A DNA stretch of 63,579 bases, the filler included. It is 4 parts of 4 records of this genome, joined end to end, with 100 filler letters (N's around TTAATTAATTAA, not from the genome) between each part and the next. Parts side by side here need not be neighbours in the genome. Positions count along the whole stretch, not along the records: positions 43,395 to 63,579 come from SRR2962707_2261; 3 more parts are not named here. One strand, written 5' to 3'. Each line of letters begins with the position of its first letter. Position 1 is the first letter of the stretch. The notes below the pieces were generated by a model that worked only from the letters and a program-made list of their open reading frames with translations, was not told the DNA's origin and did no database searches. Position numbers and translations under genes: made by a program. This document shows, piece by piece, positions 54,430 through 63,579 of this stretch.

Positions 54430-55164
54430 TTAAGCTTCAGCTCCGGCTTTCAGCCGTGCAATTTTGAATGACTTACGCTCTTTGTGTCCGCAATATCCAC
54501 AAGCGTAATACTTCATCAATTCACCTTCTTCAGTTTCCGTAGCAGTTTGAATCACTTCTTCTCTATCTACCTTCAAGGTCTGATAGTTACAGTTGCTGCA
54601 CTGAAGTGCGTGAAGCCTACCATTGTATTTTTCAATTTTTGTAAACCCTGACTCTTCGTCGATCCACACATCGTAATCAACTGAGAATGCATCTTCTTCA
54701 GCCTGCATACCTTCATCAAGGTAAACATCTTCTTCCTCTTCACTCAACAACTTCATTTTTCTTCCATCAGGAGAAGTTCTTGGGGTATATCTAAGTTTTT
54801 TCAACCTTTTCTCAATGAAGAAAGGGTAGTAGAATTTCAGTACGTTCTGGATGATTACGCCAAGAATAACGGCGAACATCGAACTCATGAAAAGTCTTAC
54901 GAAGAACCATAACCAGTTCGACTCATCAAAAATGGTGTTGAAATAAAGAGTCGCACCAACGATGATCAATAATGCTCCATTCCATAGCATATTGATTTCA
55001 TGCATGTTGATGTAGTCATACCTTGTCTTATAGTCACTTGTAGCCAGAAGTTTTAGATAATGGCCCAAAAGGATCAACACTCCGACACCAGCCACAGCCA
55101 TGGCGAGGTACCCTCCGTATAAATTCCAATTGCCAAGTAATTCAGGTGAAATAGGGTCAGTCAT
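54430..55164 (-). CDS. Membrane protein with C-terminal Zn ribbon
   Basis: Three hydrophobic segments; SVDYDVW, CSNC and CGYC motifs. Confidence 0.7.
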   Translation of the reverse strand: MTDPISPELLGNWNLYGGYLAMAVAGVGVLILLGHYLKLLATSDYKTRYDYINMHEINMLWNGALLIIVGATLYFNTIFDESNWLWFFVRLFMSSMFAVILGVIIQNVLKFYYPFFIEKRLKKLRYTPRTSPDGRKMKLLSEEEEDVYLDEGMQAEEDAFSVDYDVWIDEESGFTKIEKYNGRLHALQCSNCNYQTLKVDREEVIQTATETEEGELMKYYACGYCGHKERKSFKIARLKAGAEA

Positions 55165-55377
55165 AGTTTTTTATTATTAAGCGGAAAAACTCCTTACACA
55201 AAAATGTCACTTTTTTTTCGAAACTAAGCATCTCAAATTAAAAGAAGATGTTAGTAATTCCTTCAAATTTTCATGTAAAATATCAAAAAATTGTAACTCC
55301 AACAATGAAAAATAGGATGTCTGCAAGTTGCACCCAATTGGGTACATTTGTTGAAATCATTGAAATCCTACCAAAAT

Positions 55378-56649
55378 ATGAAGATATCTAAGTTAAAACT
55401 GCTTTCTACCTGCTTTATTGCCATCTTGATGATCGGCTGTGCATCTAATGAGTCAAAGGAAGAATTTGATGCAAGCACCATGTCTGATGAGGAATTAAAG
55501 GCGTATGCCGATAAGCTCGCTCACGATTATATCATTGCTGATGGTCACGTAGATCTGCCCTATCGAATGAACAGAAAAGGGTTTATGATCACGAAGACAG
55601 TGGAGGATGTTTCAGTGGAGACCTCAGGAAATTTTGATTATCCCAAAGCAAAGAAGGGTGGTTTGGATGCTCCTTTCATGTCCATTTATGTTCCTTCTTC
55701 CTATCAAAGAGATGGTGGAGCTAAGGCTTTCGCAGATTCGCTAATAGATATGGTTTCAAGAATACCGGTGATTTTTCCGGATCTTTTCGCAATGGCCAAT
55801 ACGCCTTCGGATGTTGAGGTGAATTTTAAGAACGGACTTATCTCACTCCCAATGGGTATGGAAAACGGCGCTCCGATTGAAGACGATATCAACAATGTCA
55901 AATATTTTGCCGAGCGAGGAATTCAGTACATCACACTCACACATTCGAAGGACAATCAAATATGTGATTCTTCTTACGATACTACATACACTTGGAATGG
56001 TGTAAGTCCTTTTGGAGAAGAGGTAATTAGAGAGATGAACAAGTGGGGGATTATGGTGGATATATCACACGTTACCGATAGCGCAGCTTTTGATGCTCTA
56101 AGACTTACCAAAGCGCCTGTGATTGCATCCCATTCTTCGTGTAGAAAATTTACTCCTGAATGGGAGCGCAATATGCCGGATAATTTAATCAAGGCGCTGG
56201 CTGAGAATGATGGAGTCATCCATATCAATTTCGGATCTACATTTCTATCCAAGGAGAATCAAGACAAGCGTGAAAAAATGCGTGAAGATCTTATCAACTA
56301 TAGAGCAGAAAACGACCTGACATCAGACGATTCAGTCTATCAGGCTTATGCTAAACAATATGCCATTGACAATGATGTCTATGAGGATATTGAAACAGTG
56401 GCCGATCACATTGATCATGTTGTTAGCCTTGTTGGAGTGGATTATGTTGGACTGGGCTCAGATTATGACGGAGTTGGAGATAGTTTACCTAAAGGATTGA
56501 AGGATGTTTCTACCTATCCTAACCTTATCTATGAGCTATTGAAAAGAGGATATAGCCCGGATGATATAGCTAAAATTTGTTACAAGAATACCTTTAGGGT
56601 TTGGAATAAAGTGCTAGAGGTAGCACAGGAAATACAGGCACAAGGCTAG
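55378..56649 (+). CDS. Membrane dipeptidase (M19), lipoprotein
   Basis: Lipobox MIGC; DGHVD, GMENG, ITLTH, DISH, ASHS and GSDYDG motifs. Confidence 0.9.
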   Translation: MKISKLKLLSTCFIAILMIGCASNESKEEFDASTMSDEELKAYADKLAHDYIIADGHVDLPYRMNRKGFMITKTVEDVSVETSGNFDYPKAKKGGLDAPFMSIYVPSSYQRDGGAKAFADSLIDMVSRIPVIFPDLFAMANTPSDVEVNFKNGLISLPMGMENGAPIEDDINNVKYFAERGIQYITLTHSKDNQICDSSYDTTYTWNGVSPFGEEVIREMNKWGIMVDISHVTDSAAFDALRLTKAPVIASHSSCRKFTPEWERNMPDNLIKALAENDGVIHINFGSTFLSKENQDKREKMREDLINYRAENDLTSDDSVYQAYAKQYAIDNDVYEDIETVADHIDHVVSLVGVDYVGLGSDYDGVGDSLPKGLKDVSTYPNLIYELLKRGYSPDDIAKICYKNTFRVWNKVLEVAQEIQAQG

Positions 56650-57267
56650 TTATCTCTTCCGTTTCAGAGAGTTTATAAACTGACTCCAGGCAAAAGGATT
56701 TAATAATTGATTCTGAGGAGGTGAGTATCTGTTGATATATGCTTGCCTTTGAAGATTCATAAAATACTGGTGATTCGCATTAGGAGAAGCAGGCAAATCA
56801 CGCCAGGCGGTTGCCATATACTCGCTGTTGAGCCATTGATAAATGTTGGCATATTCCTTTTGGTGAGGCAGTTCCATCGTAATGAGTGCCTCTTTGAACA
56901 TGCTTTCCGTCGGATATGGTCGGATCTCCACTTCTTCCAGGAAGGTGATATCTTCCTGCAAGGTCACAACAACCCTCAAGCTTGATTCACCTTCGTGTTT
57001 GGGAACAATAAAATAACCCCTTTTATATCCAACAGCACTGAATACTACACTATCACCCTCAAGCACTGGAAGACTGAAGAATCCATATGGGTTTGTGGTG
57101 GTGCCTCTTCCTGAGCTGGGTATATAAACGTGAGTACCTGGAATAACAGTGATGCTATCAATCCCGAAAACTACTCCGGTAAACTGAATGACTTGTTTGG
57201 AATTATCCTGAGCATTCGCAAATGCGAATGTCACCATCAACAGTATTATTCCGAGTAGATTTCTCAA
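56650..57267 (-). CDS. Exported protein with carboxypeptidase-like regulatory domain
   Basis: Signal peptide; GTTTNPYGFFS...FSAVGYK...LEEVEI pattern. Confidence 0.75.
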   Translation of the reverse strand: MRNLLGIILLMVTFAFANAQDNSKQVIQFTGVVFGIDSITVIPGTHVYIPSSGRGTTTNPYGFFSLPVLEGDSVVFSAVGYKRGYFIVPKHEGESSLRVVVTLQEDITFLEEVEIRPYPTESMFKEALITMELPHQKEYANIYQWLNSEYMATAWRDLPASPNANHQYFMNLQRQAYINRYSPPQNQLLNPFAWSQFINSLKRKR

Positions 57268-57336
57268 ATCAAGTTATTTAGCTTTAATAAGGCCTTTTAC
57301 AGCAGAAAAGTTTAACTTCCGTAAAACTACAAAAAA

Positions 57337-57720
57337 ATGAGGCTCAAGAATTTTAACCTTTCTTACGGCACTCAAATATTCAAGTCATTCTCAGATGAGT
57401 CCAGAACCCGAATCATTCACCTGCTCTATCGCAAGGATGAATTATGTATTTCTGATCTGGAAGCCATCCTGGATTTCACGCAAACTAAAACATCCAGACA
57501 TATAACGTATCTCAAAAATGCCGGTTTGGTCACTTACCGAAAATATGATCAATGGGTTTTTTACAGTATAAAAGAGGAAGGATACGACATGATCAGTCAA
57601 ATCTTTGAATTCCTAACCAAAGACCCCATTTTACAGAAGGATCTGGAAGTCTACAATACCATGAACGCTAACTTAGCCCTTGCAAAGAACAAAATAGAAG
57701 CGAAAAACTATAGGAGTTGA
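57337..57720 (+). CDS. ArsR/SmtB-family transcriptional regulator
   Basis: FKSFSDESRTRI...ELCISDL...SRHITYLKNAGLV. Confidence 0.88.
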   Translation: MRLKNFNLSYGTQIFKSFSDESRTRIIHLLYRKDELCISDLEAILDFTQTKTSRHITYLKNAGLVTYRKYDQWVFYSIKEEGYDMISQIFEFLTKDPILQKDLEVYNTMNANLALAKNKIEAKNYRS

Positions 57721-58403
57721 AAGGAATAAAGCACATTTTCTTCGATCTGGACCACACGTTATGGGACTATGATCGAAGTGCACAGGAGACGTTGAGGGAG
57801 ATTTATGAGCAATTCGAATTGTCATCGAGTGGTATCCCAGAGAAGAAGTTCATCGACGCTTTTTATACCATTAATGATCAATTGTGGCATAAATACAACC
57901 ATGGAGAAATTGATCGGGATTACATCAAGAAACACAGGTTTGTTAAGATATTCGAATCACTCCGATTTGAATCGAATCACTCCGGTGATGCCTCTGACTA
58001 TTTCATGACGCATTGTTCTTCAAAACCCTATTTGATGCCTGATGCTGACACAGCCCTGTGCTATCTGGAAGGCAAATATGAATTACACATCATTACCAAT
58101 GGTTTTCTCAATGCACAGGAAAAAAAACTGGAGAGTTCCGGCATCACAAAATTCTTCAAAGTCATGGTGACCTCAGAATGCGCCAACTCACGAAAGCCGT
58201 CAGGGGAGATTTTTGATTACTCATTGGAAAAAGCCGGGGCGACAAAGGAAAACAGCATTATGATTGGGGATAATCCCAAAACCGATATTCATGGTGCCAT
58301 GGAATACGGTATGAAAACGATCTTTTACGATCCATCAGGAAAAAGGAGAGCCATGGCAGACTACACCATTCAATCACATATGGAGCTGTTAAAGATATTT
58401 TGA
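57717..58403 (+). CDS. YjjG-like HAD pyrimidine nucleotidase
   Basis: FDLDHTLWD, ITNG, KP and IGD...D motifs. Confidence 0.88.
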   Translation: MKGIKHIFFDLDHTLWDYDRSAQETLREIYEQFELSSSGIPEKKFIDAFYTINDQLWHKYNHGEIDRDYIKKHRFVKIFESLRFESNHSGDASDYFMTHCSSKPYLMPDADTALCYLEGKYELHIITNGFLNAQEKKLESSGITKFFKVMVTSECANSRKPSGEIFDYSLEKAGATKENSIMIGDNPKTDIHGAMEYGMKTIFYDPSGKRRAMADYTIQSHMELLKIF

Positions 58404-58485
58404 TCCTCCTGAATCACTTTGATCCTCCATTTGTTATCTCCTAAAAGGTTATTTTTGCCGACCTCAAATTCTAACTAAAAACGAC

Positions 58486-60111
58486 ATGCCCAAAGGAAAT
58501 TTTTTCGTCCCTGCTCCCGTTAACGAGCCAGTTCTAAGTTATGCTCCCGGATCCCCAGAAAGAGATGAGCTTCTGGCGAAATACAAAGAAATGTTTAGTG
58601 AGCAGATTGATGCTCCCATGTATATTGGCAATCAGGAGGTAAGAACAAAAACCAAGATTGCCATGACTTGCCCCCATGATCACAAACATGTGTTGGGACA
58701 CTTTTCTGAAGGAGATGCTTCTCACGTAAATCAGGCCATAGATGCTGCCTTGAAAGCAAAGGAAGATTGGGAGAATATGACTTGGGAAAACAGGGCGAGT
58801 ATTTTTCTGAAGGCTGCAGATTTACTAGCTGGTCCATATCGAGCAAAAATCAATGCTGCTACCATGCTCGGACAAGGCAAAAATGCGCACCAGGCTGAGA
58901 TTGATGCAGCGTGTGAATTCATTGACTTTCTACGATTCAATGTTTCCTTTATGCAGGAAATGTACATGCAACAGCCGGACTCCTCTGATGGCATATGGAA
59001 TAGAATGGAATACAGACCACTAGAAGGTTTTGTGTTCGCTATCACGCCTTTCAACTTTACTGCTATTTCCGGAAATCTGCCTGCAGCCCCTGCCATGTTG
59101 GGGAATACAGTAGTTTGGAAGCCTAGTTATACCCAAGTGTATTCAGCGCAAGTCATCATGGAAGTTTTCAAAAAAGCCGGACTTCCTGATGGGGTTATTA
59201 ATCTGATCTATGTTGACGGGCCTGTGGCAGGAGATGTTGTATTTAAACACCCTGATTTTGCGGCACTCCACTTTACCGGAAGCACAGGTGTGTTCAAAAC
59301 CCTATGGAAAACAATTGGCCAAAATCTGGATGCCTATAAAACGTATCCAAGGATCGTTGGAGAAACAGGGGGAAAGGATTTTGTAGTTGCTCATAAATCA
59401 GCCGATGCAAAAGAAGTTGCAACCGGATTGGTTAGAGGAGCATTTGAGTTTCAGGGTCAGAAATGTAGTGCGGCATCCAGGGCATACATTCCATCAAACT
59501 TGTGGGGTGATGTAAAAAAGTACATGGTAGAGGATTTGAAGTCTATCAAAATGGGTAGTCCCGAAGACTTTAGCAACTTCGTTAATGCTGTGATTGATGA
59601 AAGAGCGTTCAGGAAAATAGCCGGTTATATCGATGAAGCCAAACTGGATAAAAACGTTGAATTGGTAGCTGGAGGATCGTACGACGATTCCAAAGGATGG
59701 TTCATTGAGCCTACTGTACTTGAGGCGAAAGATCCAAAATACAAGACCATGTGCGAGGAGATTTTTGGCCCGGTACTGACCATCCATGTTTACGATGAAA
59801 ACAAGTTTGAAGAAACACTTGATTTGGTGGATACTACTTCGCCATACGCTTTAACAGGAGCAATTTTTAGCAAAGACAGGTATGCTGTAGACCTGGCAAC
59901 AAAGAAACTTAGAAATGCTGCGGGTAATTTTTACATCAATGACAAGCCTACCGGAGCGGTCGTGGGTCAGCAGCCATTTGGTGGAGCAAGAGGCTCAGGA
60001 ACCAATGATAAGGCAGGGGCCATGATGAACTTACTGCGATGGGTGAGTGCGAGAACCATTAAAGAGACTTTTGTTTCTCCGACTGATTACCGTTATCCTT
60101 TTCTCGGATGA
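58486..60111 (+). CDS. pruA: L-glutamate gamma-semialdehyde (P5C) dehydrogenase
   Basis: [16 protein letters not shown] and GSGTNDK motifs. Confidence 0.95.
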   Translation: MPKGNFFVPAPVNEPVLSYAPGSPERDELLAKYKEMFSEQIDAPMYIGNQEVRTKTKIAMTCPHDHKHVLGHFSEGDASHVNQAIDAALKAKEDWENMTWENRASIFLKAADLLAGPYRAKINAATMLGQGKNAHQAEIDAACEFIDFLRFNVSFMQEMYMQQPDSSDGIWNRMEYRPLEGFVFAITPFNFTAISGNLPAAPAMLGNTVVWKPSYTQVYSAQVIMEVFKKAGLPDGVINLIYVDGPVAGDVVFKHPDFAALHFTGSTGVFKTLWKTIGQNLDAYKTYPRIVGETGGKDFVVAHKSADAKEVATGLVRGAFEFQGQKCSAASRAYIPSNLWGDVKKYMVEDLKSIKMGSPEDFSNFVNAVIDERAFRKIAGYIDEAKLDKNVELVAGGSYDDSKGWFIEPTVLEAKDPKYKTMCEEIFGPVLTIHVYDENKFEETLDLVDTTSPYALTGAIFSKDRYAVDLATKKLRNAAGNFYINDKPTGAVVGQQPFGGARGSGTNDKAGAMMNLLRWVSARTIKETFVSPTDYRYPFLG

Positions 60112-60527
60112 GTAAATTGAGACCATTCCACCTGGCGATTCCCGTGAGAGATCTTGACGAGACGAGGACTTTTTACAGGGATGTGATGGGTTTCGAAGAA
60201 GGACGATCCTCCGATAGGTGGGTTGATTTCAATTTTTATGGTCATCAGTTCGTCATCCATATGACTGATGAAAAAGGAGAACTAATCCACAACCCAGTGG
60301 ACAACCACGATGTGCCGGTCCCACATTTTGGAGTGGTGCTGGAATGGAATGACTGGGAAATGCTCGAAAGTAGACTTAGAAAGGCAGACATAAAATTTGT
60401 CATTGAACCTTACATTCGTTTCAAAGGGGAAGTTGGCGAACAGGCCACTATGTTTTTCCTTGATCCATCCGGAAATGCACTAGAATTCAAGGCATTTAAG
60501 GATGACGGGCAGCTTTTTGCCAAATAG
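60108..60527 (+). CDS. VOC/glyoxalase family protein
   Basis: FHLAIPV, VPHFG and [10 protein letters not shown] motifs. Confidence 0.88.
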   Translation: MSKLRPFHLAIPVRDLDETRTFYRDVMGFEEGRSSDRWVDFNFYGHQFVIHMTDEKGELIHNPVDNHDVPVPHFGVVLEWNDWEMLESRLRKADIKFVIEPYIRFKGEVGEQATMFFLDPSGNALEFKAFKDDGQLFAK

Positions 60528-60545
60528 AATAGTAGATTTAAGTCT

Positions 60546-61331
60546 ATGAGTCAGGCATCCAGTCGTACAGAGGCGATAATCAAACTTGCCAAGTCATCAT
60601 CTCTGCATGGTGGTAAATTCAAAGATTTTACTCTTGAGCTGCTTCCATATTTGTGCGAAAGCATGAAAGCCGTGAAGGCGAGCTTCTGGTTGTTTAGATC
60701 CAGTGATCAAATGTTTGAAAGCATTCAGACGTATGAGATTGCATCCGGCAAAGCGTCAACAGGAATTGCATTAGATGAAGCCAGATTCCCCTCGTTTACC
60801 AAAGAGCTAAAGGAAAACCATATTCTTGAAGTGATGATGGGGGATGCTCATCCTGATCATGAGGAATTCATTATGGAATACATGATCAAGCAGCGCGTGA
60901 AAACGTGGGTGAGTGTGCAGGTTTGGAATGACAATCGTCTTTTCGGCATTCTGTCGTTGGAGTGGACTACCAAACGGGATTTTACCGATCAGGATCGACT
61001 TACTCTTCTTACAGCTTCCTCTATGATCAGTCAGTGTTACGATGCGCTGATGCGGATGAAAGAAGAAATTCTTCATAAAAGTGAACTCAATAATTTAAAG
61101 GACGAAGGGCAGGAGCGTGAAAAACTAGCCAAGAAATTGGCGGATCATGCATTTTATACCTCTCATAGTATTCGCCACCCCCTTTCTACCATTCTCGCAT
61201 TAATTGACTTAATCAAGCTTAATTGGGAAAGTCGTGAAACCTATGAAGAGCTGATACAACAGCTGAAAATAGAAACGATGAATCTCGATGATGCCATTCG
61301 TGTGATGACAGCTAAGATTGAGTTAGATTAG
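60546..61331 (+). CDS. GAF plus HisKA (DHp) protein lacking a HATPase domain
   Basis: GAF-like N-terminal region; H-box AFYTSHSIRHPLSTI; the protein ends about 45 aa later. Confidence 0.7.
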   Translation: MSQASSRTEAIIKLAKSSSLHGGKFKDFTLELLPYLCESMKAVKASFWLFRSSDQMFESIQTYEIASGKASTGIALDEARFPSFTKELKENHILEVMMGDAHPDHEEFIMEYMIKQRVKTWVSVQVWNDNRLFGILSLEWTTKRDFTDQDRLTLLTASSMISQCYDALMRMKEEILHKSELNNLKDEGQEREKLAKKLADHAFYTSHSIRHPLSTILALIDLIKLNWESRETYEELIQQLKIETMNLDDAIRVMTAKIELD

Positions 61332-61361
61332 TAGCACCATAATCGTAGAACCACAGCCTAA

Positions 61362-62894
61362 ATGAAAAACCGCACCAATCGAGTGAAAGAAGTAATCCTT
61401 CGCCGGAGTAGCTTCATAATCATGCTCATCCTCATTCTCGGGGCTTTTGGTTTGCTAAGGATAGTCGCGACACATAAGGATATAGATGATGTTGCCAACA
61501 TTGATATTCCGGTCATTGAAATACTGACTGAGATAGAGACCAATCAATTGGAACAGTCGCTCGCATTTGAGCGAGCATTTCGATATGCAGAAGAATACTA
61601 CAAAAGTCCGGACCGAAACGAAGTGCTCTTAAGACGGTTTGCCAATGCTGACAGCACGTTTAGATACCTGGCCCAGCAAGTTGATTTAGGACTTCTTGCT
61701 GCTGATGAGGAGGTGCAAGAGGCGTTGAAGCGCACCGATCAGGAATCACAACGAATCAAGCTCAGACAACTGCTGTTGGCAATTCGCAAACTCGAAGGTG
61801 ACCATTCCAGATACGAAGAGCATGTAATCGGCGTGTTGGTGATGCTGGAACAAGGAGATGTAGAAGCTGCTTTGGTTTCCTCTGAGCAGGTAGAACAAGA
61901 GGAAGATCTTTTCAACAAGCAGGTTGAAGATGTGTTGATTCGGCTTGAAATGTTCACTGAATCATTGGTTCAGTTTGTTGAGCAAGAGGAAGTAATTTCC
62001 ATGAAATGGATTGTGACCCTCACTTTACTGTTCATCATTTTATCATTACTGGCTGTCTACTCATTTAGCTACAGAATCTGGCGGCCATTGGAAGATATCA
62101 GAAGTGGTGCCGAGCGAATTGGGAGTGGAAATCTTAAGGCCAGGGTGAAGATCCGGTCTTCAAGTATTACGTATGACATTGTTGAGGCATTCAATGACAT
62201 GGCTGAAAAGCTGGACGATTCCCAGCACGACATTGATCGTTTCATTCACTTCTCCTACAGCACTGCTAATGATCTGAAAGCACCAATCACCAACCTGAGT
62301 TCTTTGTTGGACATGTTTGACAAAGAGATGAGTGCCGGAAACTTCAAGGCCATTCTTAACAATGCGAAGAAAACAACCAATCAGTTGAATAAAACAGTTG
62401 AGGCGCTAACCGAAGTGAACAGGGTGAGAGAGGCTTTAACGGCAGAAAAAGATGAGTTGGTCATCGAAGATGTGCTTAAAGAAGTGGTGAGTAGAAATCT
62501 GGAGCAGATAAAAGCAGCTAAGGCGACCATCAAGAAGGATTTTTCCGAATGTCACATGGTGAGTTATCCGAAAAGTCAACTAAAGACAATTCTGCAAAAG
62601 CTATTGTCCAATTCATTGAAATACAGAGACCCTGAGAAACCATTGGTTATTAAAATGAAAACAAGGATGGTCAATGGTCACGTGACCTTGATATTCAATG
62701 ACAATGGCCTTGGATTTGATGCCTTGAAATACCGTGAAGAAATCCTGAAGCCATATACCCGAATTCATGCCCATGTCGATGGGTCAGGGCTTGGACTGTA
62801 CATGGTTAAAATGATCCTGGACTATCACAAAGGTGGAATAAGGATCGAAAGTGAACCGAAGAAAGGCGCAACATTCGCGCTAAGACTCAATTAA
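61362..62894 (+). CDS. Membrane sensor histidine kinase-like protein (HAMP, DHp with His to Asn, HATPase)
   Basis: Two TM segments and HAMP; FSYSTANDLKAPI at the H-box; LLSNSLKY, DNGLG and GSGLGL boxes. Confidence 0.8.
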   Translation: MKNRTNRVKEVILRRSSFIIMLILILGAFGLLRIVATHKDIDDVANIDIPVIEILTEIETNQLEQSLAFERAFRYAEEYYKSPDRNEVLLRRFANADSTFRYLAQQVDLGLLAADEEVQEALKRTDQESQRIKLRQLLLAIRKLEGDHSRYEEHVIGVLVMLEQGDVEAALVSSEQVEQEEDLFNKQVEDVLIRLEMFTESLVQFVEQEEVISMKWIVTLTLLFIILSLLAVYSFSYRIWRPLEDIRSGAERIGSGNLKARVKIRSSSITYDIVEAFNDMAEKLDDSQHDIDRFIHFSYSTANDLKAPITNLSSLLDMFDKEMSAGNFKAILNNAKKTTNQLNKTVEALTEVNRVREALTAEKDELVIEDVLKEVVSRNLEQIKAAKATIKKDFSECHMVSYPKSQLKTILQKLLSNSLKYRDPEKPLVIKMKTRMVNGHVTLIFNDNGLGFDALKYREEILKPYTRIHAHVDGSGLGLYMVKMILDYHKGGIRIESEPKKGATFALRLN

Positions 62895-63277
62895 GTCAGG
62901 TGCAGGGAATAAATATTCTCTAGTAGTTCAGGAGATAACGGCTTGGAGATGAATGCTGTAATATCTTCTGATGCTTTAGCTCGTTGCTCATCTTTCAGGG
63001 AAATAGAAGAAGTGAGCATAATGACTTTAGTGGTACCTCGTGATTTTAATTTGCTGAATTCATCCATAAAATCCCACCCATTCAAATCGGGCATGTTTAG
63101 ATCCAGAAAGATAACCTCAGGTAGGTGATCGTTTTTTGAGAGAAATTCAATCGCTTCCGGAACAGTGGTGAGTGAGACTACCTCTTCGGCAAATTTTGCA
63201 TGCTTTATGATGACTTTATTGATTGAATTCACAATGTCGTCATCATCGACAAGAAGTACTCTTTTGTAAGTTTCCAA
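62891..63277 (-). CDS. Single-domain response regulator
   Basis: LLVDDD, FLDLNMP, MLTSS and ISKP motifs. Confidence 0.92.
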   Translation of the reverse strand: METYKRVLLVDDDDIVNSINKVIIKHAKFAEEVVSLTTVPEAIEFLSKNDHLPEVIFLDLNMPDLNGWDFMDEFSKLKSRGTTKVIMLTSSISLKDEQRAKASEDITAFISKPLSPELLENIYSLHLT

Positions 63278-63480
63278 ATGGTTATTAATAGGTTGGTATC
63301 AACAAAAGTAGAAAAGGCAAAGTCAATCTAAATCCTTATTGGTTCTTTTTTGTAAAAAATTCGATGAGTGATGTATCCACGAGGGCTTTTCCTCCTCTTT
63401 GATCGATTGATTATTGAGTCTTGGAAAGCATCAATTAACTATAAATAAAAAAGCGAGATACATGTGTATCAGGCTTACTT

Positions 63481-63523
63481 GCTCTCCCTCTTGGGCCTGT
63501 CTGCCTACAGGCAGGCTCGAACC
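63481..63523 (-). other. tRNA 3'-end fragment (Asn-like) interrupted by a 20-bp palindromic REP
   Basis: Removing CCTGTCTGCCTACAGGCAGG (63496-63515) leaves GGTTCGAGCCCAAGAGGGAGAGC on the minus strand: T-loop, T-stem and acceptor strand. No 5' half is adjacent. Confidence 0.6.
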
Positions 63524-63579
63524 CACAACAAGTGAAGTAAATTCAATGCATGACCCGTCCTGAAAAAGGTTGACTGGGT

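Overview
The window is four unrelated contigs joined by 100-nt spacers (N44-TTAATTAATTAA-N44 at 20256-20355, 34199-34298 and 43295-43394). (1) 1-20255, Rhizobiales-like alphaproteobacterium: recA 5' end with SOS box, pseudouridine catabolism genes, a cold-shock gene, three tandem PP-loop/Zn (QueC/MurL-like) paralogs, aceA, an HNH-Dcm-Vsr island with a frameshifted vsr, gap, prfB with its programmed frameshift, PBP1A, amiC and the rne 5' part. (2) 20356-34198, eukaryotic, protist-like DNA with two convergent spliced genes that I reconstructed by hand: a 1203-aa protein with an N-myristoylation motif, a possible RelA/SpoT-like domain and ankyrin repeats, and a 2988-aa IQ/Sfi1-like/ankyrin/coiled-coil protein. 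(3) 34299-43294, Bacteroidota: an AT-rich, translationally coupled operon encoding a STAND/NACHT NTPase and a divergent RelA/SpoT-type nucleotidyltransferase among REP-like repeats, then an aminotransferase and paaI/H/G. (4) 43395-63579, Bacteroidota housekeeping region: ndk, scpA, dxs, MltF-like gene, kynurenine pathway cluster, pruA, an apparently split histidine kinase pair and a REP-interrupted tRNA 3' fragment. The best candidate for an undescribed system is the NACHT plus RelA/SpoT-like operon (34492-37487), a putative anti-phage system. All calls come from motif recognition by eye; no database searches were run.
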